Source of the DNA: Octopus sinensis
Taxonomy: Eukaryota
Assembly: GCF_006345805.1 (NCBI RefSeq)
Contig: NC_043003.1
Location: 82,150,001-82,214,000 of the forward strand
Direction of reading: 5' to 3'
Length of the DNA stretch: 64,000 nucleotides
Under the pieces are notes generated by a model, which saw only the letters and a program-made list of their open reading frames with translations, ran no database searches and was not told the DNA's origin. Positions within the stretch are counted from its first letter, which is position 1; every line of letters begins with the position of its first letter. Both the position numbers and the translations under genes were made by a program. Below, in pieces: positions 1-13,312 of this stretch.

Positions 1-99
1 CGCTGCTATTATTGTTTAAAGAATGGTTAGTGTTAATAAGATCAATGTTATTATTTTCATTAAGTGGATTTGTGATTAACAACATATTATTATGCGAAA

Positions 100-1003
100 A
101 TTGACTTGTCGTGCAGGCGTTGTCGTGCAGCAGAAGAACTCCATACTTCCGATTAGGTCTTTTCTTGTGAATAGCCGTGTTGAGTTCAGCGTTGACCGTT
201 GAGATCCCTTCAAGCAATTTCTAATGGATAATCCTTTCCCAGTTCCACCATATGCATAACATCATTTTACGCGGATGAACATTTTGTTTCACGGGCAGTG
301 TCGCTTGTTTACCGGGACTAAGTCATATTGATGCACAAGCACCATTTTTCGTCGCCAGTAATGATTCGGTAAGGACATCGTTACTTGTGTCCATGAGCTG
401 AGTGGTGACGAGCCAGCAAACTAGCGGAGATTGTGGCTCGTTGATTTTTGTTGATGTCACTTAAAGCATGCGGGACCCATACTCCATACTTCTGAACCTT
501 GCCCATCAGGTGAAGATGCTTTTCTATAGCAGTGTGGGAGCATTCAATCTTCTCTGCCAGTCCCCTTGTCGTTTGACGAGAAGTTTTGTGCAAATGTTGC
601 TTTAATCGCTGTTTATCGAACTCAGCTGGACAGTCAGAACGAGGTGTGTCTTTGAGGTCAGCATTTCTATTTTTGAACTTGGCATACCGATCACGAGCGG
701 ATCTTTCAGCTATGTGACTCCCACCATACACGGTACAAATGTTGCTGGCAGCTAATGCGGCCTTAGAACCTTGGTTAAAAGCAAAAGGATGGAGTTGTCG
801 ACAATGCTCGTGTTTCTTAACTTGACATTCCATTTTAATGATCTGAAAATAAGCAAATTTAACTAAAATTAACTAGAAAAATAAGAACAAAATAGATTCT
901 AAAATTATTCCAAAATATAATTCTCGAAAAATAATAGATTCCAAAATTTAAAAACGCAATAAATTCCAAAATTTAAAATATCTGCAGGAACTTAGTTGCC
1001 AAC

Positions 1004-1009
<6 letters not shown>
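100..1009 (-). mobile_element. Decayed, 3'-truncated mariner (Tc1/mariner) transposon
   Basis: ORF 381-833(-) has the mariner N-terminus including WVPHAL. Reading past the stop at 381-383 gives RIITGDEKW (first catalytic D), then HPRKMMLCIWW (~245-280) and VLLLHDNA (~116-140). A mariner-type terminal repeat (minus strand TATTGGGTTGGCAACTAAGTTC) at 988-1009 abuts (TA)n. Confidence 0.93.
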
Positions 1010-1268
<259 letters not shown>

Positions 1269-3972
1269 GTAGAAATCTAAGTAATAAGTTCGTTATAGAC
1301 ATGTATAATATCAAATCTTATATAAAACACAAATAACAATGATCAAAATAGATAAGTGATGTTAGAAGTTCAAGTTAGAATTCGAATTTTTACTTTCAAC
1401 TTCTCTTTTAACTTTAATTTTTAGTAGTGTTTTACATAAGATTTTATCTTATACATGGCTCTAACGAACTTTTTGCTTCTTATTTCCATATTTGAATTGC
1501 CTGCTTTTGCAGGCTATTGTTTTGATATGCTGAATATTTATTAGAAATATTTCTTTTGGGATTCCCTACGCACGGATATATATTAGTGCGAGTTGAAAAG
1601 AAATATGCTTTACTGTAAGCATGCTCGTACGATTTGCATGCATGTCTCAGTTTTCGGTGTATTGAATATATGCTACAATATAAACCAGTCATGAATATGA
1701 TCGGGTATTCAGTCGAGCTCACATTAGAAAAATCTATCAGTACTATTCTTAATTCCACAACCTTTTTTTAGTAATAATTCTTTGTAATATACAGAAATAT
1801 ATCATGTTTTATGTGAATAGCAAACTTATTACTTCATTGTTCTAATACGTGGAAAATTCCACTCCAAAATCTATGTAAAGATACCTTGATGTAGACCATG
1901 AATTATCACACTTATATAATGTGCTTATATTTAACATTCATAATTTGTTCTTTAAATTTGTCTAGTACATTTCTCTTATGACGTTTTGTTATATTTGTTT
2001 CATTTTATTTCACAGACGAACCTATGTACTATGGATAAGAAAACAAAATTCAGAGGTAAATATTGCTTCATTAATTTTCAAATAATCATTTCATCTTACA
2101 TTCTATGTTATGGAGACCATGATATGTTCAAACGACTCTGAACAATGAAATACGCTGTATTACACACGAAGTAATTTTTTTATTAATGGAGCCGTGATAC
2201 ATAACTCACTTTTATACGCCCATTGAATTCAATATTTTTATAAAGCAAAGGAAAATATTAAAAAAATATTGATTGAGCAGTGACTGGAAGAACTAGTGAT
2301 AATTGTATATACAAATATACTTACATAGGATAATAAATATAGCAGATTCATGGCATAATCAGTGACTTGCGGAGCAAAATCCCTTATCACTTTTTTCATT
2401 CCATCATTTTATACACCGATTGTGAATTCTCAATTCTTACACTTATTTCACGTTTTCTGAAACTGAAAATATTGTAATTATTCAAATTTGAAACATTATT
2501 TGTCCTTGCTTTTATGTTTTCTTTCATCCTGAAAAGACATAAACTTTGTTACTGCATTTTTTATACGTTTTGGTATGATTACTTGTATTGTATATGTTAC
2601 ATTATTTGCATTTAATATATGTTTGCAGCTGTATATATCATATTTGTTCCACAATGAACAATTTTAACATATCTTTTGCTTCTGTTGTCCTTGCGCCAGA
2701 CTGGTTTCGACAAGTCACATAAGCCCTATATTTTACTGAAGCGGCAGATGGAAAATTAGTGTTACTGAAGTGAAATGACTTCAAACTGCGAATCAAAAGC
2801 CGTTTGGTTTTCTTGCTGGAGATATACACTTTGCTTTATTGCAAGAGCCAGAATATATTAATATTAAAACCTATTTATATTGAATATATTTAAGACAATT
2901 TTCCATCGTTTATAACGTTTCCTTATCAATTACTAGTGCTAGTGTATCGACAGTCTAGGGTTTCCTATAGATATCATTATTTCAATAAAAATTGCCAGAT
3001 TACAAGTTACTCTGTAGCGTAGAGTATGCTTTCTTTTATGTGAAAATTCATTGCTAAGATAGTAGTTTCCGTTTATGTAACACAAATATATTGCTTGGTA
3101 TTGAATGTTTTCCTTATCTACCATCGCATACTAGATCACTCATTGATGTTATCTGTTTGTAGTAGAAGAAAATGTGGTCTTCCCGTTTCTATTACACACG
3201 GTTAAGCATCTGAAATCAAAAACTGTAATCTTTTCATTGAAATTGTGAATCTCAATAAGTTTGCCAGAAGATTCCAATTGCTAACTGAAAGACGTTTCTA
3301 TACTTGAAATATCATGCCTGTAACTTCCATCTTTTATTAGTTTCATTGTAATTTTCGGTATTATATATCTGCAAGAAATAGTCTACCAAACATCATTATA
3401 TGTTCATTAAAGTTTATATATTCGTAGCTCTCTTTAAAATATTTCCAATTGAATAATTCAGCCAGCTGATTACGAATAAGCAAAATGAAATCAGTGTTTT
3501 CTAATATCTGACATAACTCGTTGTCTCGTTGTTATTGGTACGTCTAAAGGTTACACTTATATATTACCACATTGCTCCTAACATGGATTAAAAAATGTAA
3601 AGTAGTTTTCATTTCTGCACAAATATAAGGGCCTATATATGAATACCCATATGTGTTCTCTCTCTCTCTCAAACGCAATTGCAGCAGTATTCAATTAAAA
3701 TAGCCATCTATGAATCATTCATAATATATATACATACAGCGTTGATAGGCAAAGTTTTAATAGTTTTCCTCAGAAATAAAATCCTATTTGTATGTGCTCT
3801 ACTTAGAAACGCTATATATATATAGTAGATACGGATGACATTTCTTCGCAGTTGTGCCAAGAGAGAATGTCAGATGTATTTCCCTCATTTGTGGCCTTGT
3901 TAATAACTTGTACTCAAAGCCAGCCACTTGGCAGTAAATGTGATATTCACTGTATAAGACACGTCCTTCGCT

Positions 3973-4320
3973 GTGGGTAGTAAAGAGATAGGTATTTCGT
4001 CTGCCGCTACGCTCTGAGTTCAAATTCCGCCGAGGTCGACTTTGCCTTTCATCCTTTCGGGGTCGATTAAATAAGTACCAGTTACGCACTGGGGTAGATA
4101 TAATCTACTTAATCCGTTTGTCTGTCCTTGTTTGTCCTCTCTGTGTTTAGCCCCTTGTGGGTAGTAAAGAAATAGATATTTCGCCCGTCGCTACGTTCTG
4201 AGTTCTAATTCCGCTGACGTTGACTTTGCCTTTCATCCTTTCGGGGTCGATAAATTAAGTACTAGTTGTGAACTGACCCTAAACCCCCCCCATTTCGGGC
4301 CGTGTGTCGAGAATAGAAAA
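3973..4320 (+). mobile_element. tRNA-derived SINE family M (possibly Meta/MESC-core-like), head-to-tail multimer
   Basis: B-box GAGTTCAAATTCC followed by GAGGTCGACTTTGCCTTTCATCCTTTCGGGGTCGATAAA-TAAGTACCAG, present twice with a ~184 bp period (GTGGGTAGTAAAGA at 3973 and 4157). Many copies elsewhere in the window. Domain name is from memory, not a search. Confidence 0.85.
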
Positions 4321-6333
4321 TCATATCTTGTATGCGTGTTCACATAATTCTATAACCTATTTAATTTCAGGTGATCACGTACGCCATAGTATTAACTCTA
4401 GAGTATGTTTTGCGTGCGGAAATTAGAGGTAAACATGTCTGCCCAGAATGATTTACTTATCGACGCATAAAGAGATTCTTGAATAAGTGATTCATACATT
4501 ATTAATTTTATCGTTTTAAATCACATTTAAAGTTTAAATAAAATCAGATATTACAGTAATACGGCAAATGTTACTTAACAAATAAATAATATGACCGAAT
4601 ACTAAAGTATACGCTGTAAAAAAAATCCATTACTTCTATAGTAAAATCAAAACTATATATTTTAGTTGCAAATCATGCAAGATACATTAACCTAATTACA
4701 GTTATTCGTTGCTCAAATCATTGGCTGTAATTTTAATCTTTTGTGCTTATTGCATAAATGCGCTGGATTGCTATTCACATTGAATGTTTCGAACTTTTTT
4801 TTTGTCCTCAATGCGAATTACTTGTGATTAATGCAACATTATCTATTAGCCAAAGGAAATGGATCATGAATAACATTCGGTGATCTAAATTTTAGAAAAT
4901 GTTCCGTTCTTTATACATTGTTATAAATTATGTTACATTATATTATGATACTAAATTTGGTGAACTTCCAACCAAGAATAAGATACTTCTGTGGATAACT
5001 ATCTTTAGTGAAATGTGCGCAATAACATTGAAAAAAATGTACTCAAATTGAATAAGTACATATTCTTCAGTATAAACCTCTTCTGTAAAACAAATTCAGC
5101 AAATATTAATTTACAATAATTTTGTTTCCATATTAGTCTTATATGTTGTAAGTTTTAAAACTAATGTCCATTTTATAACTACAATAATATAAGTTGCCAC
5201 ACATTACTGCATTATGCGTAGCTCAGCAGAATAATGAAATATATACAAAATATATCTGGAATGTTAATGGAAATATGTAGATTAATAGATTTTTTGAAAA
5301 TGAATGGTTGGATTAAAACAAACAAAAACTATATCCAAAGTAGTTTCTTGTCACAAGATGGAAATTATTGAAAGAAATTATTCCTTTGAAAGAAATGAAA
5401 GGAGAGCAAACGAAGCAAAATCTTGAGTTGGGCTCGAGAACAGAATTTACAATAATGTAACATCAAATAAGTAAAATATATTTTAGAAGTTACAACTCAT
5501 TTCTAAGAAATTCAATAAAGAAACATTTCCTTCAATGGCATGTAATATATTGTTGGGATCCCTTGCTAGAAAATGTTTAAAATTTGTTATTTGTATTATA
5601 TATCGTCATACATCATTTAAATGTGTAGGATCAGAATTCTTTCATGGTAATCACATGCAGTTATCATCACGCCTCAGCGCTAATTGTACTTTTATAAATT
5701 TCATTCCAATTTTGATAATGAATTTTCTAATATATGCAGTAGTTATTAATGGTGTAGTGAGTTATGTCAAAGACAATTATAAAATTCATAATTAGCATGA
5801 AATGTAATGTATTTCATTATAAAGTGAACTAGAACAATGCATATTTTAGAATTGCACACTGAAAATAAGAATAACATACGATTTGATGTGTTCACACACA
5901 CACACACACATTGTTACTAATCCAAATATTTATTAGTACAAAAGAAATAAATGATGTGGAAACCGTACACAAATTATATGAAGATTCATTGACATTTTTA
6001 ATATATTTGTGTGTGTAAACATGCATACATACGTACTTAGATAAACAATCAGTTTGAGCTGTGATTCAAACTATATGGTTTCTAGCTGTCATTTTAAAAG
6101 TGTTTATATAGACTGTAGTTGAAATTGCTGTTAGTTGAGGTACCGATTAATTGTTTGAGGACGGTATAGTACATCTGTGGAGAAAAGTCAAAATTAAGCT
6201 TGAGTCCACTAAATGTCATACGACATTCATAACACCCGATATGAAAGGTGAAAATCGAATTTTAATTTCTCATTTTAACTGTCCCGTAACTCTGTCTTAT
6301 CTCACTTAATCAAGGTGTGGTGAATTTTTGTGT

Positions 6334-6390
<57 letters not shown>

Positions 6391-6392
<2 letters not shown>

Positions 6393-6586
6393 TTGCCTTC
6401 ACCATGATAGATCACTAGCCACTACACATTCTTTATTTTCTCTCCTTGTTTCTTTATGTGTTCCTTTCAGTGGAAGAGCGTAGGCTCGAAACGTTAGACT
6501 TTTTCACTTCCTGAAAGCGTTATACAAATACATTTGTTTCTTGTCTACAGCACCTGTCTTCCTCTTTTGATTTTGTGAATTGTCCC
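6391..6586 (+). mobile_element. Penelope-type pLTR fragment with degenerate hammerhead motif, inside (TA)n
   Basis: CAGTGGA-A-GAGC-GTAG-GCTC-GAAAC-GTT at 6468-6495: intact stem II and GAAAC, degenerate CUGANGA. (TA)n on both sides. Confidence 0.55.
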
Positions 6587-6590
6587 ATAT

Positions 6591-6661
<71 letters not shown>

Positions 6662-6663
6662 TA

Positions 6664-7037
6664 CTCTTTTACTCTTTTACTTGTTTCAGTCATTTGACTG
6701 TAGCCATGCTGGAGCACCTACTTGAGTCGAGCAAATCGACCCCAGGACTTATTTGTTTGTAAACTTATTGTTTGTAGTACTTATTTTATCAGTCTCTTTC
6801 GCCGAACAGCTAAGTTACGGGGACGTAAACACACCAGCTTCGGTTGTCAATCGAAGCTGGGGGGGGGCAAAAACAGACACACACACACACACATATATAT
6901 ATATACACATATATACGACGGGCTTCATTCAGTTTCCGTCTACCAAATCCACTCACCAGGCTTTGGTCGGTCCGAGGCTATAGTAGAAGACACGCTCCCA
7001 AGGAGCCACGCAGTGGGACTGAACCACTCCTACGCCT
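6664..7037 (-). mobile_element. tRNA-derived CORE-like SINE family C with internal (TA)/(TG) tract
   Basis: Colinear with 61737-62122. Head carries a deletion between CTGAACC and ACTCC. Minus-strand tail ends in GTAAAAGA repeats. Confidence 0.88.
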
Positions 7038-7079
7038 ATATATATAATATACATACATACACACACACACACTCATATA

Positions 7080-7110
<31 letters not shown>

Positions 7111-7649
7111 CTGCTTTAGTGAATGATTTGTTCTTACTAAACCGTGGTCAAACAGTTGAAAAAGACATGTTACTTTCACACTATTTGGCGTGTATAACTA
7201 TAATAAATAACTACCGATTAAAAACTTGCAGAAAAATCTCAAGTGAATGAAAATTAATTATTTGCTTCTTAAATTTTCACAACTGTCATTTAAACATGTG
7301 TTAACACAACGGGACTTTTAACTGCAGTTATTTAAGCTAAGCACTACAAAGAGTTTAACAATTTTTCAATCGTTTATAACCCACGTTCATAAGAGAGACT
7401 AGTGCGTTCCCTAAAACAGTACATATAAAGCAAAAATCACCACGCTTTAGCTTAAACAAATAATAGCTGCTCAAACAACTACTGAACAATGTCAAGAGGC
7501 ACTAAATTCGGACACAACTTTCACCTTTCATGGGTATTATTCTGATTGTCACACGACACTCTCTTCTTGATTTTAGCTTTGCCGTAACATTCCCGCATGG
7601 CTATTAGAGAACCAGTGCCAGCAAATCATTCTGTAACTTAACTGATAGT

Positions 7650-7845
7650 GATAATAATAATAATAATAACATCGAAAATACCTTAGGAATTTCGAACCTG
7701 GGTTCGAAATTTTCCCCCAAAACACCTGATGAAGACTGGAGATTGTATCAGCTGATAAGCTGTGTTAACAAAAAACAAGATGAGGACAAAATATCCATGA
7801 AATGTAAATAATGTACGTAATTCCCCATCTCTCAAATATAGAAGT
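7650..7845 (+). mobile_element. Solo Penelope pLTR with decayed hammerhead (same family as 19218-19430)
   Basis: (AAT)n-CATCGAAAATACCTTAGGAAT...AACAC-CTGATGA-AGACTG...CAGCT-GATAAGCT-GTGTT matches the reverse complement of 19218-19355. The tail matches 20503-20555. Confidence 0.8.
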
Positions 7846-8100
7846 AATTATTCGATTTGACTGTGTGTGTTTGTGTTTGTGCGTATATCCGATAATATTC
7901 TAAATATCGTGTATTAGCAATATCGTACATTTACTAATTGTAGCACCAACAACACCATCATTTGTGGTGCTGCCGCAGCTGGCACAATCATCGGACTAAA
8001 ACGGTGTCACTGCCCATCTATCCATTGAAATGTTGAAATACATTTCTTCGAATGTACTCCGCTGAAGATGGGCCACTTACACGTACACATGTATATACGT

Positions 8101-8470
8101 GCCCAGTGGTTAGGGCAGTGGACTCGCGGTCATAGGATCGCGGTTTCGATTCCCAGACCGGGCGTTGTGAGTGTTTATTGAGCGAAAACACCTAAAAGCT
8201 CCACGAGGCTCCAGCAGGGGATGGTGGTGATCCTTGCTGTACTCGTTCACCACAACTTTCTCTCACTCTTACTTCCTGTTTCTGTTGTACCTGTATTTCA
8301 AGGGGCCGGCTTTGTCACTCTCTGTGTCACGCTGAATATCGCCGAGAACTACGTTAAGGGTGCACGTGTCTGCGGAGTGCTCAGCCACTTACACGTTAAT
8401 TTCACGAGCAGGCTGTTCCGTTGATTCGGATCAACCGGAACCCTCATCGTCGTAACCGACGGAGTGCTTC
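8101..8470 (+). mobile_element. tRNA-derived SINE family R
   Basis: A box (GCCCAGTGG) and B box (GGTTTCGATTCC). Highly similar by eye to 22051-22431 over the full length. Confidence 0.9.
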
Positions 8471-9456
8471 CATCAAATGTATACCAGCAATTTTCTCATT
8501 CTTATAACTCACATTCTGTTTGCCTAAATGAAATTAGTCTAGTACATTAATTGCTTGGTCTGTTCTGAAGAAATATTTGAATGATATGTGTACGTGAAGA
8601 GCTTTCCAAGGAATGGCTTCTAGTATCAACTGTGATACGAATGAGTATGTTTGTGGATAATATATCGAATAAATAAAAGCTGATATAGAATAGAATTGAT
8701 AATTTAAGGAATGTAGAGGTAATATTCTAGCATTTTACGAGCCATATGTTAGGTGATAAATATATCAGTCTTTTGTACAGATTTCAATAATGAATTCCGT
8801 GTTAAGTTAATAAACATTTGCAGAGCAGCTGCATGAAATGCGTTCTGTCATCTTTTACTTTTCAAGTTACTGGAATACCTGACGTTGCTGATCGGAATGT
8901 ATTTTCCACAATTTATGTATATGCTAGAGCACCTAATGGATTACGTTTTATGTAAAAATTCGAAGAAATAATCACTGAACTAATTGACAGAACAGAAACT
9001 TCCCAAAACAAAGTTATCAGTGAAGAAGACGTAGCACTGACAATTACAGTTGAATTCCTCATTTAAATAGGTGTATGCTAAAACTACCATACAAGTTGCT
9101 TAAGCCTGCAACGCTGATAAATTAAAAAATATGCATTTTGTCCAAAATGTCAACAAATAAAAAGCGATATATTGTGAGCAGTAAAGTATAACGAAACACA
9201 TTCATCTTCAGCTGCAATAAAGTTTAGACATTGCATTTTGACGGTCATATTTTTCAATATGAAACACCGATGAATAATTCTATCAGTTTCATATTCACAC
9301 GGTTTTTTGTACAGTCGTTTCACGTGTGTGTTGTGTGAATATAGTAGGATGTGTGGTGGCTTTTTATGCATAGTAGGTGTCGGAAATCTAGGTTTAATTT
9401 CAAATTATGTTGCCTACAATAACTAGAAGTCGAGAGATTGTGTAAAGGGTATACTT

Positions 9457-9536
9457 CTGCATCTAGTTGTGTGTATATGGAATCCTGCATCTAGCTGTGT
9501 GTATATGGAATCCTGCATCTAGCTGTGTGTATATGG
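9457..9536. repeat. 28-bp minisatellite, ~3 copies
   Basis: CTGCATCTAG(C/T)TGTGTGTATATGGAATC starting at 9457, 9485 and 9513. Confidence 0.9.
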
Positions 9537-10149
9537 CAATGCACACCTTAAACTTGTTTGTGTAGTACTGTGATTCGTAATTGGTGATTCATGTATTTTT
9601 TGTGTGAATGACTCTGTGTCATTCATGCAATTGTACGGTGTATACATGTATACTTGTGCGTACTTATATATAGCAGGGTTTGTGCAGTTGTGTGTAATGC
9701 TGTATGACAAGTAGTTTGTGTGTTGAAGAGCGTACTATATCTATAGAGTTGTATACTTGATGTATATGTGTAATTATATGTGTGATGTTATATGTTTAGG
9801 GGTATATGTAATGCCATTGTGTATAACTATTCAGCTAGTTTGATTTGTAACATAGCCGCCAAACGCACCTATTGCTTAGGTCAATGTTTTACCCGAGTTA
9901 TTTATATTTTTGAAGCCATACCGCTTTTGATTACTGATGCGTATTAATATCTTGTAAGTATAATCTTACAAGATAAGCATCGTCTGTTTCTAACAGGTTT
10001 CCGTAGTATCAGACTTTGCGTTACAACCTACAGTTCTTACGTCCTAGTGGTTCTCAGTTACCTTTCAGTGACTACAAATTGTAAATTATAATTCTCATAT
10101 TGTCTCTTGATCAATGATTTCTTCCTCAGTTATGCTTCTGCTTTTGATT

Positions 10150-10181
<32 letters not shown>

Positions 10182-11350
10182 CGTGTGTGTGTGTCAACAC
10201 ACACACACAAAGATACGCGAATATATTCACGTATCTTTATATATGTGTATTCATATATATATCGAATATGATGCACACATATATTAAATATATCATTGTT
10301 TCCTGTGTCATTGCAACCAATTACATTTCTATAATATTTAGTTTTCAAAAGGGGATTTACAAATCACATAATTAAACAAATATGTACAATTGATGCATAT
10401 GCGGTTTCTTTGATCTATAGAACGATAAACAATACTACAGTGAGTATCTGTGTAATTTAATTCACCATAAACACAGATTATTTTGAAACCTAGCTTTGAT
10501 CGATATTTTATTCTCGAAAATAAGATAGATATTGTTTGAATTCTAATCACCGTGCGTTCAGCACTGCTATCCAGATAACTACAGCAGTCAACGTCACTAT
10601 GCGTATAGCAATCACAGCTAAAGCCATCGCCATAAGTAATCTGTTTTTGAATAGACGATTAAGTAATTGTTTGATGCCTACTACCAAAATACTAGCTGTC
10701 TATGCGGTAGAATAAACTTGCAAACTTGCGAAAAATTCTGCAGGAAATATAATTAAACGGATGATTAACTGAACAGCAATTTTCCACATAATAGCTTCTG
10801 TTTCATCCTTGATAGAGATTTGACATTTTGTTAGTAATCTAATTCATGTAATCGGCTGCAAAACAGTGGGAGGAATGTAATCCAGCTATGTTTAGGATAT
10901 TAATGACTTTGTTATTAACAACAAGATTTGATACTGTATCATCACCACGAGGAAGGAAATTAAAGACACGAATGAGAATACGCTTTAAACTAAACGCATT
11001 ATTTATTACTTTTTTGAAAAAGTGAAACTATAAACAGTTCTCAATGATATTGGACATAATCATTATTAACATCCACGAGATATATCTTAACTGGTACCTC
11101 ATACATAAGAGAAAACAAACTCACATACACCGACACACACGCACATGCGCATACGCACGTACACACTAAGAAATTCGCTTAATTCCATATCGGATAACTG
11201 TCTATATCGGTTAAAAGCATTACTTTTCATAACGTCGAGACGAACGCCGTCAAATGAGTATAAGTTGACCGATAAATTGCATATGCAAATGCAGCCAATT
11301 TCGGTTAATTCGATATCTTCCACTTGCTGATTGTTTTATGATTGTGTACA

Positions 11351-11381
<31 letters not shown>

Positions 11382-11684
11382 ACATATATATCTATAAACA
11401 CGCACGCACACATACACACACATGCAGTGTATCTTGTGTGTACAAATAGATGTACAACTGCTACTGTTAAACATTGTCCAATGTGCTAGTGGTCAAACAA
11501 CTACTATATTTAATAATATTATTAGGTATGAGATGGAGAGCAAGCGTAGAAGATAACGTAAGTTTATATTATTAAGTCCTACCTACATTTCGCCATTGCC
11601 ATTCTTGGAATTCTGAAATGGGGTTTTCAAGTGTATCTGGCTACTTAGCCACAACGGATCGTCAGAAATCACTTCATCGCATAA

Positions 11685-12035
11685 TCTCTCTATATATAAA
11701 CGGCAGTTTGTCTGTGTGCGTGTCTGTGTGTCTGTTAGGTTGTACCCTCACCCTGACAACGGCTTTCAACCGATTCTGATGAAACTTGACACACACATAG
11801 CCCAATGCCATAATTCAAAACTAACGCAGCGAAAATTTTGAAAAGTTCTCCCAGTTCTGAAATTCGACATGGGGTCGAGAATCAGAAACACAAACCACAG
11901 ACTGTCTAGGGGACGCAACTCGACCTTTTTAACTCTCAAAAAAAAAATTACCATCATTTTTTTTCCATAAATATCTAAAAATGCTTTATAGTTATTTCCC
12001 TTACAAACGCGAACAACGCCGGGCGATACTGCTAG
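11685..12035 (+). mobile_element. Non-autonomous Helitron
   Basis: 5' A|TC..TATATATAAA, 3' imperfect hairpin CGCGAACAACGCCGGG followed by CTAG|T (AT target, no TSD). The 3' end is shared with 57663-58060(-). Confidence 0.82.
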
Positions 12036-12134
12036 TGTTACATATATAGGTGTGCGTGATTATGTATATGTGTGAATGTCTGTGAAAATAGTTATCTGCT
12101 CATAGTGATCTTGTTAGTAACAATCATCTTGTAT

Positions 12135-12292
12135 GTTCAAATTCCACCGAGGTGACATTGCCTTTCATCCTGTCGGGTACGATAAATTAAGTACTAGTTA
12201 CGCACTAGGGTCGATGTAACCGACTTAATCCCTTTGTCTGTCCTTGTTTGTCCCCTCTATGCTTTGCCCCTAGTGGGCAATAAAGAAATAAG
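12135..12292 (+). mobile_element. SINE family M, 5'-truncated
   Basis: GTTCAAATTCCACCGAGG...GCCTTTCATCC...TAAGTACTAGTTACGCACT...GTGGGCAATAAAGAAATA. Confidence 0.85.
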
Positions 12293-12639
12293 AATCATAG
12301 TACGGTACTCTTCCAGCATTCTTTATTTTCCTGAACAACAAGAGACCGGTACGCTTTAGAGGAAGTATCGTGATGGGCTAATTTTATTTGCTGCTATTTT
12401 CTTGCAGCGGTGTGCTACTTAATGCATCGGAGAACCTGACCCATGGTTTTAAATACCAGCTATATAACATTTAAGTTCTTGACTTGTGTCACACGTGTAG
12501 AGGAAATCCAGCTATAGAGGATATAACATCACCTTTAGTTAGCAGATTGAAATATGCATGCCCTAATAAGCCTGAATGTCTGAACTTCCTCGTTGCTCTT
12601 CTTCAAGAAATCAACAGAATAATGAGAGGAGTGAGTCTT

Positions 12640-12950
12640 CCTGAATTACTCTCCTGATTTTCCCATTACCTAATCATTCATTTCTCTTCAGTTATACTTC
12701 CCATTGTCTCATCGATTTTTATAAAGAGCATAAAAATGTTAATATTTCCACGAACTCAGTGCGTGAGTGGGCTTTTCAAAATCCAATACAATGGTTCATT
12801 ATCGTATCACTTCTAGTGTATCAGGCACTTGATCTTTATTTCTCCCTCTTGATTTCTCTGATAATTTCTCAAAATGGTTGTTTCAGCTAGTATGAGATTA
12901 TTTAGTAACCACAGCAATAGTAGCCATACATTAGATCTCTTTTTACTGAT
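12640..12950 (-). mobile_element. Possible very old non-LTR RT fragment
   Basis: Only weak, frame-broken resemblance to R4-type RT motifs (xDFxKA-like, MRQWE-like). Confidence 0.25.
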
Positions 12951-13154
12951 TCTACTCACACGCTTTATCTTTTTGTATTCATATAGTCCTTCATTTTGTT
13001 ATTCACGTTGAGGTTCCTACACTTCATATATATCTTTTCAATGTCCCCCTCATTATGTTTGCTAGCTGCAAATTAAAGAATTCTTCTCCTCTTCTTTTCT
13101 TCTCCTCTTCCTCCACCTCCTCTTCCTCTCTCCTCCTTCTTGCCCAATAAAATA

Positions 13155-13270
13155 AGAACTAGTTAAGTACTAGGGGTCAATATAATCGTTTTACCCTCTC
13201 CTCCAAAGAATTATTATTATTATTATTATTATCATTATTATTATTATTATTATCATTATTATCATTATTA

Positions 13271-13312
<42 letters not shown>

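Noticed and set aside
3799-4089. Recurrent similar ORFs (3799, 27653, 47327, 54681; 8221/22185; 6722/61887)
   Set aside because: Incidental reading frames through copies of non-coding SINEs.
9457-9536. 28-bp repeats as a CRISPR array
   Set aside because: Contiguous tandem units with no spacers, eukaryotic context, no cas genes.
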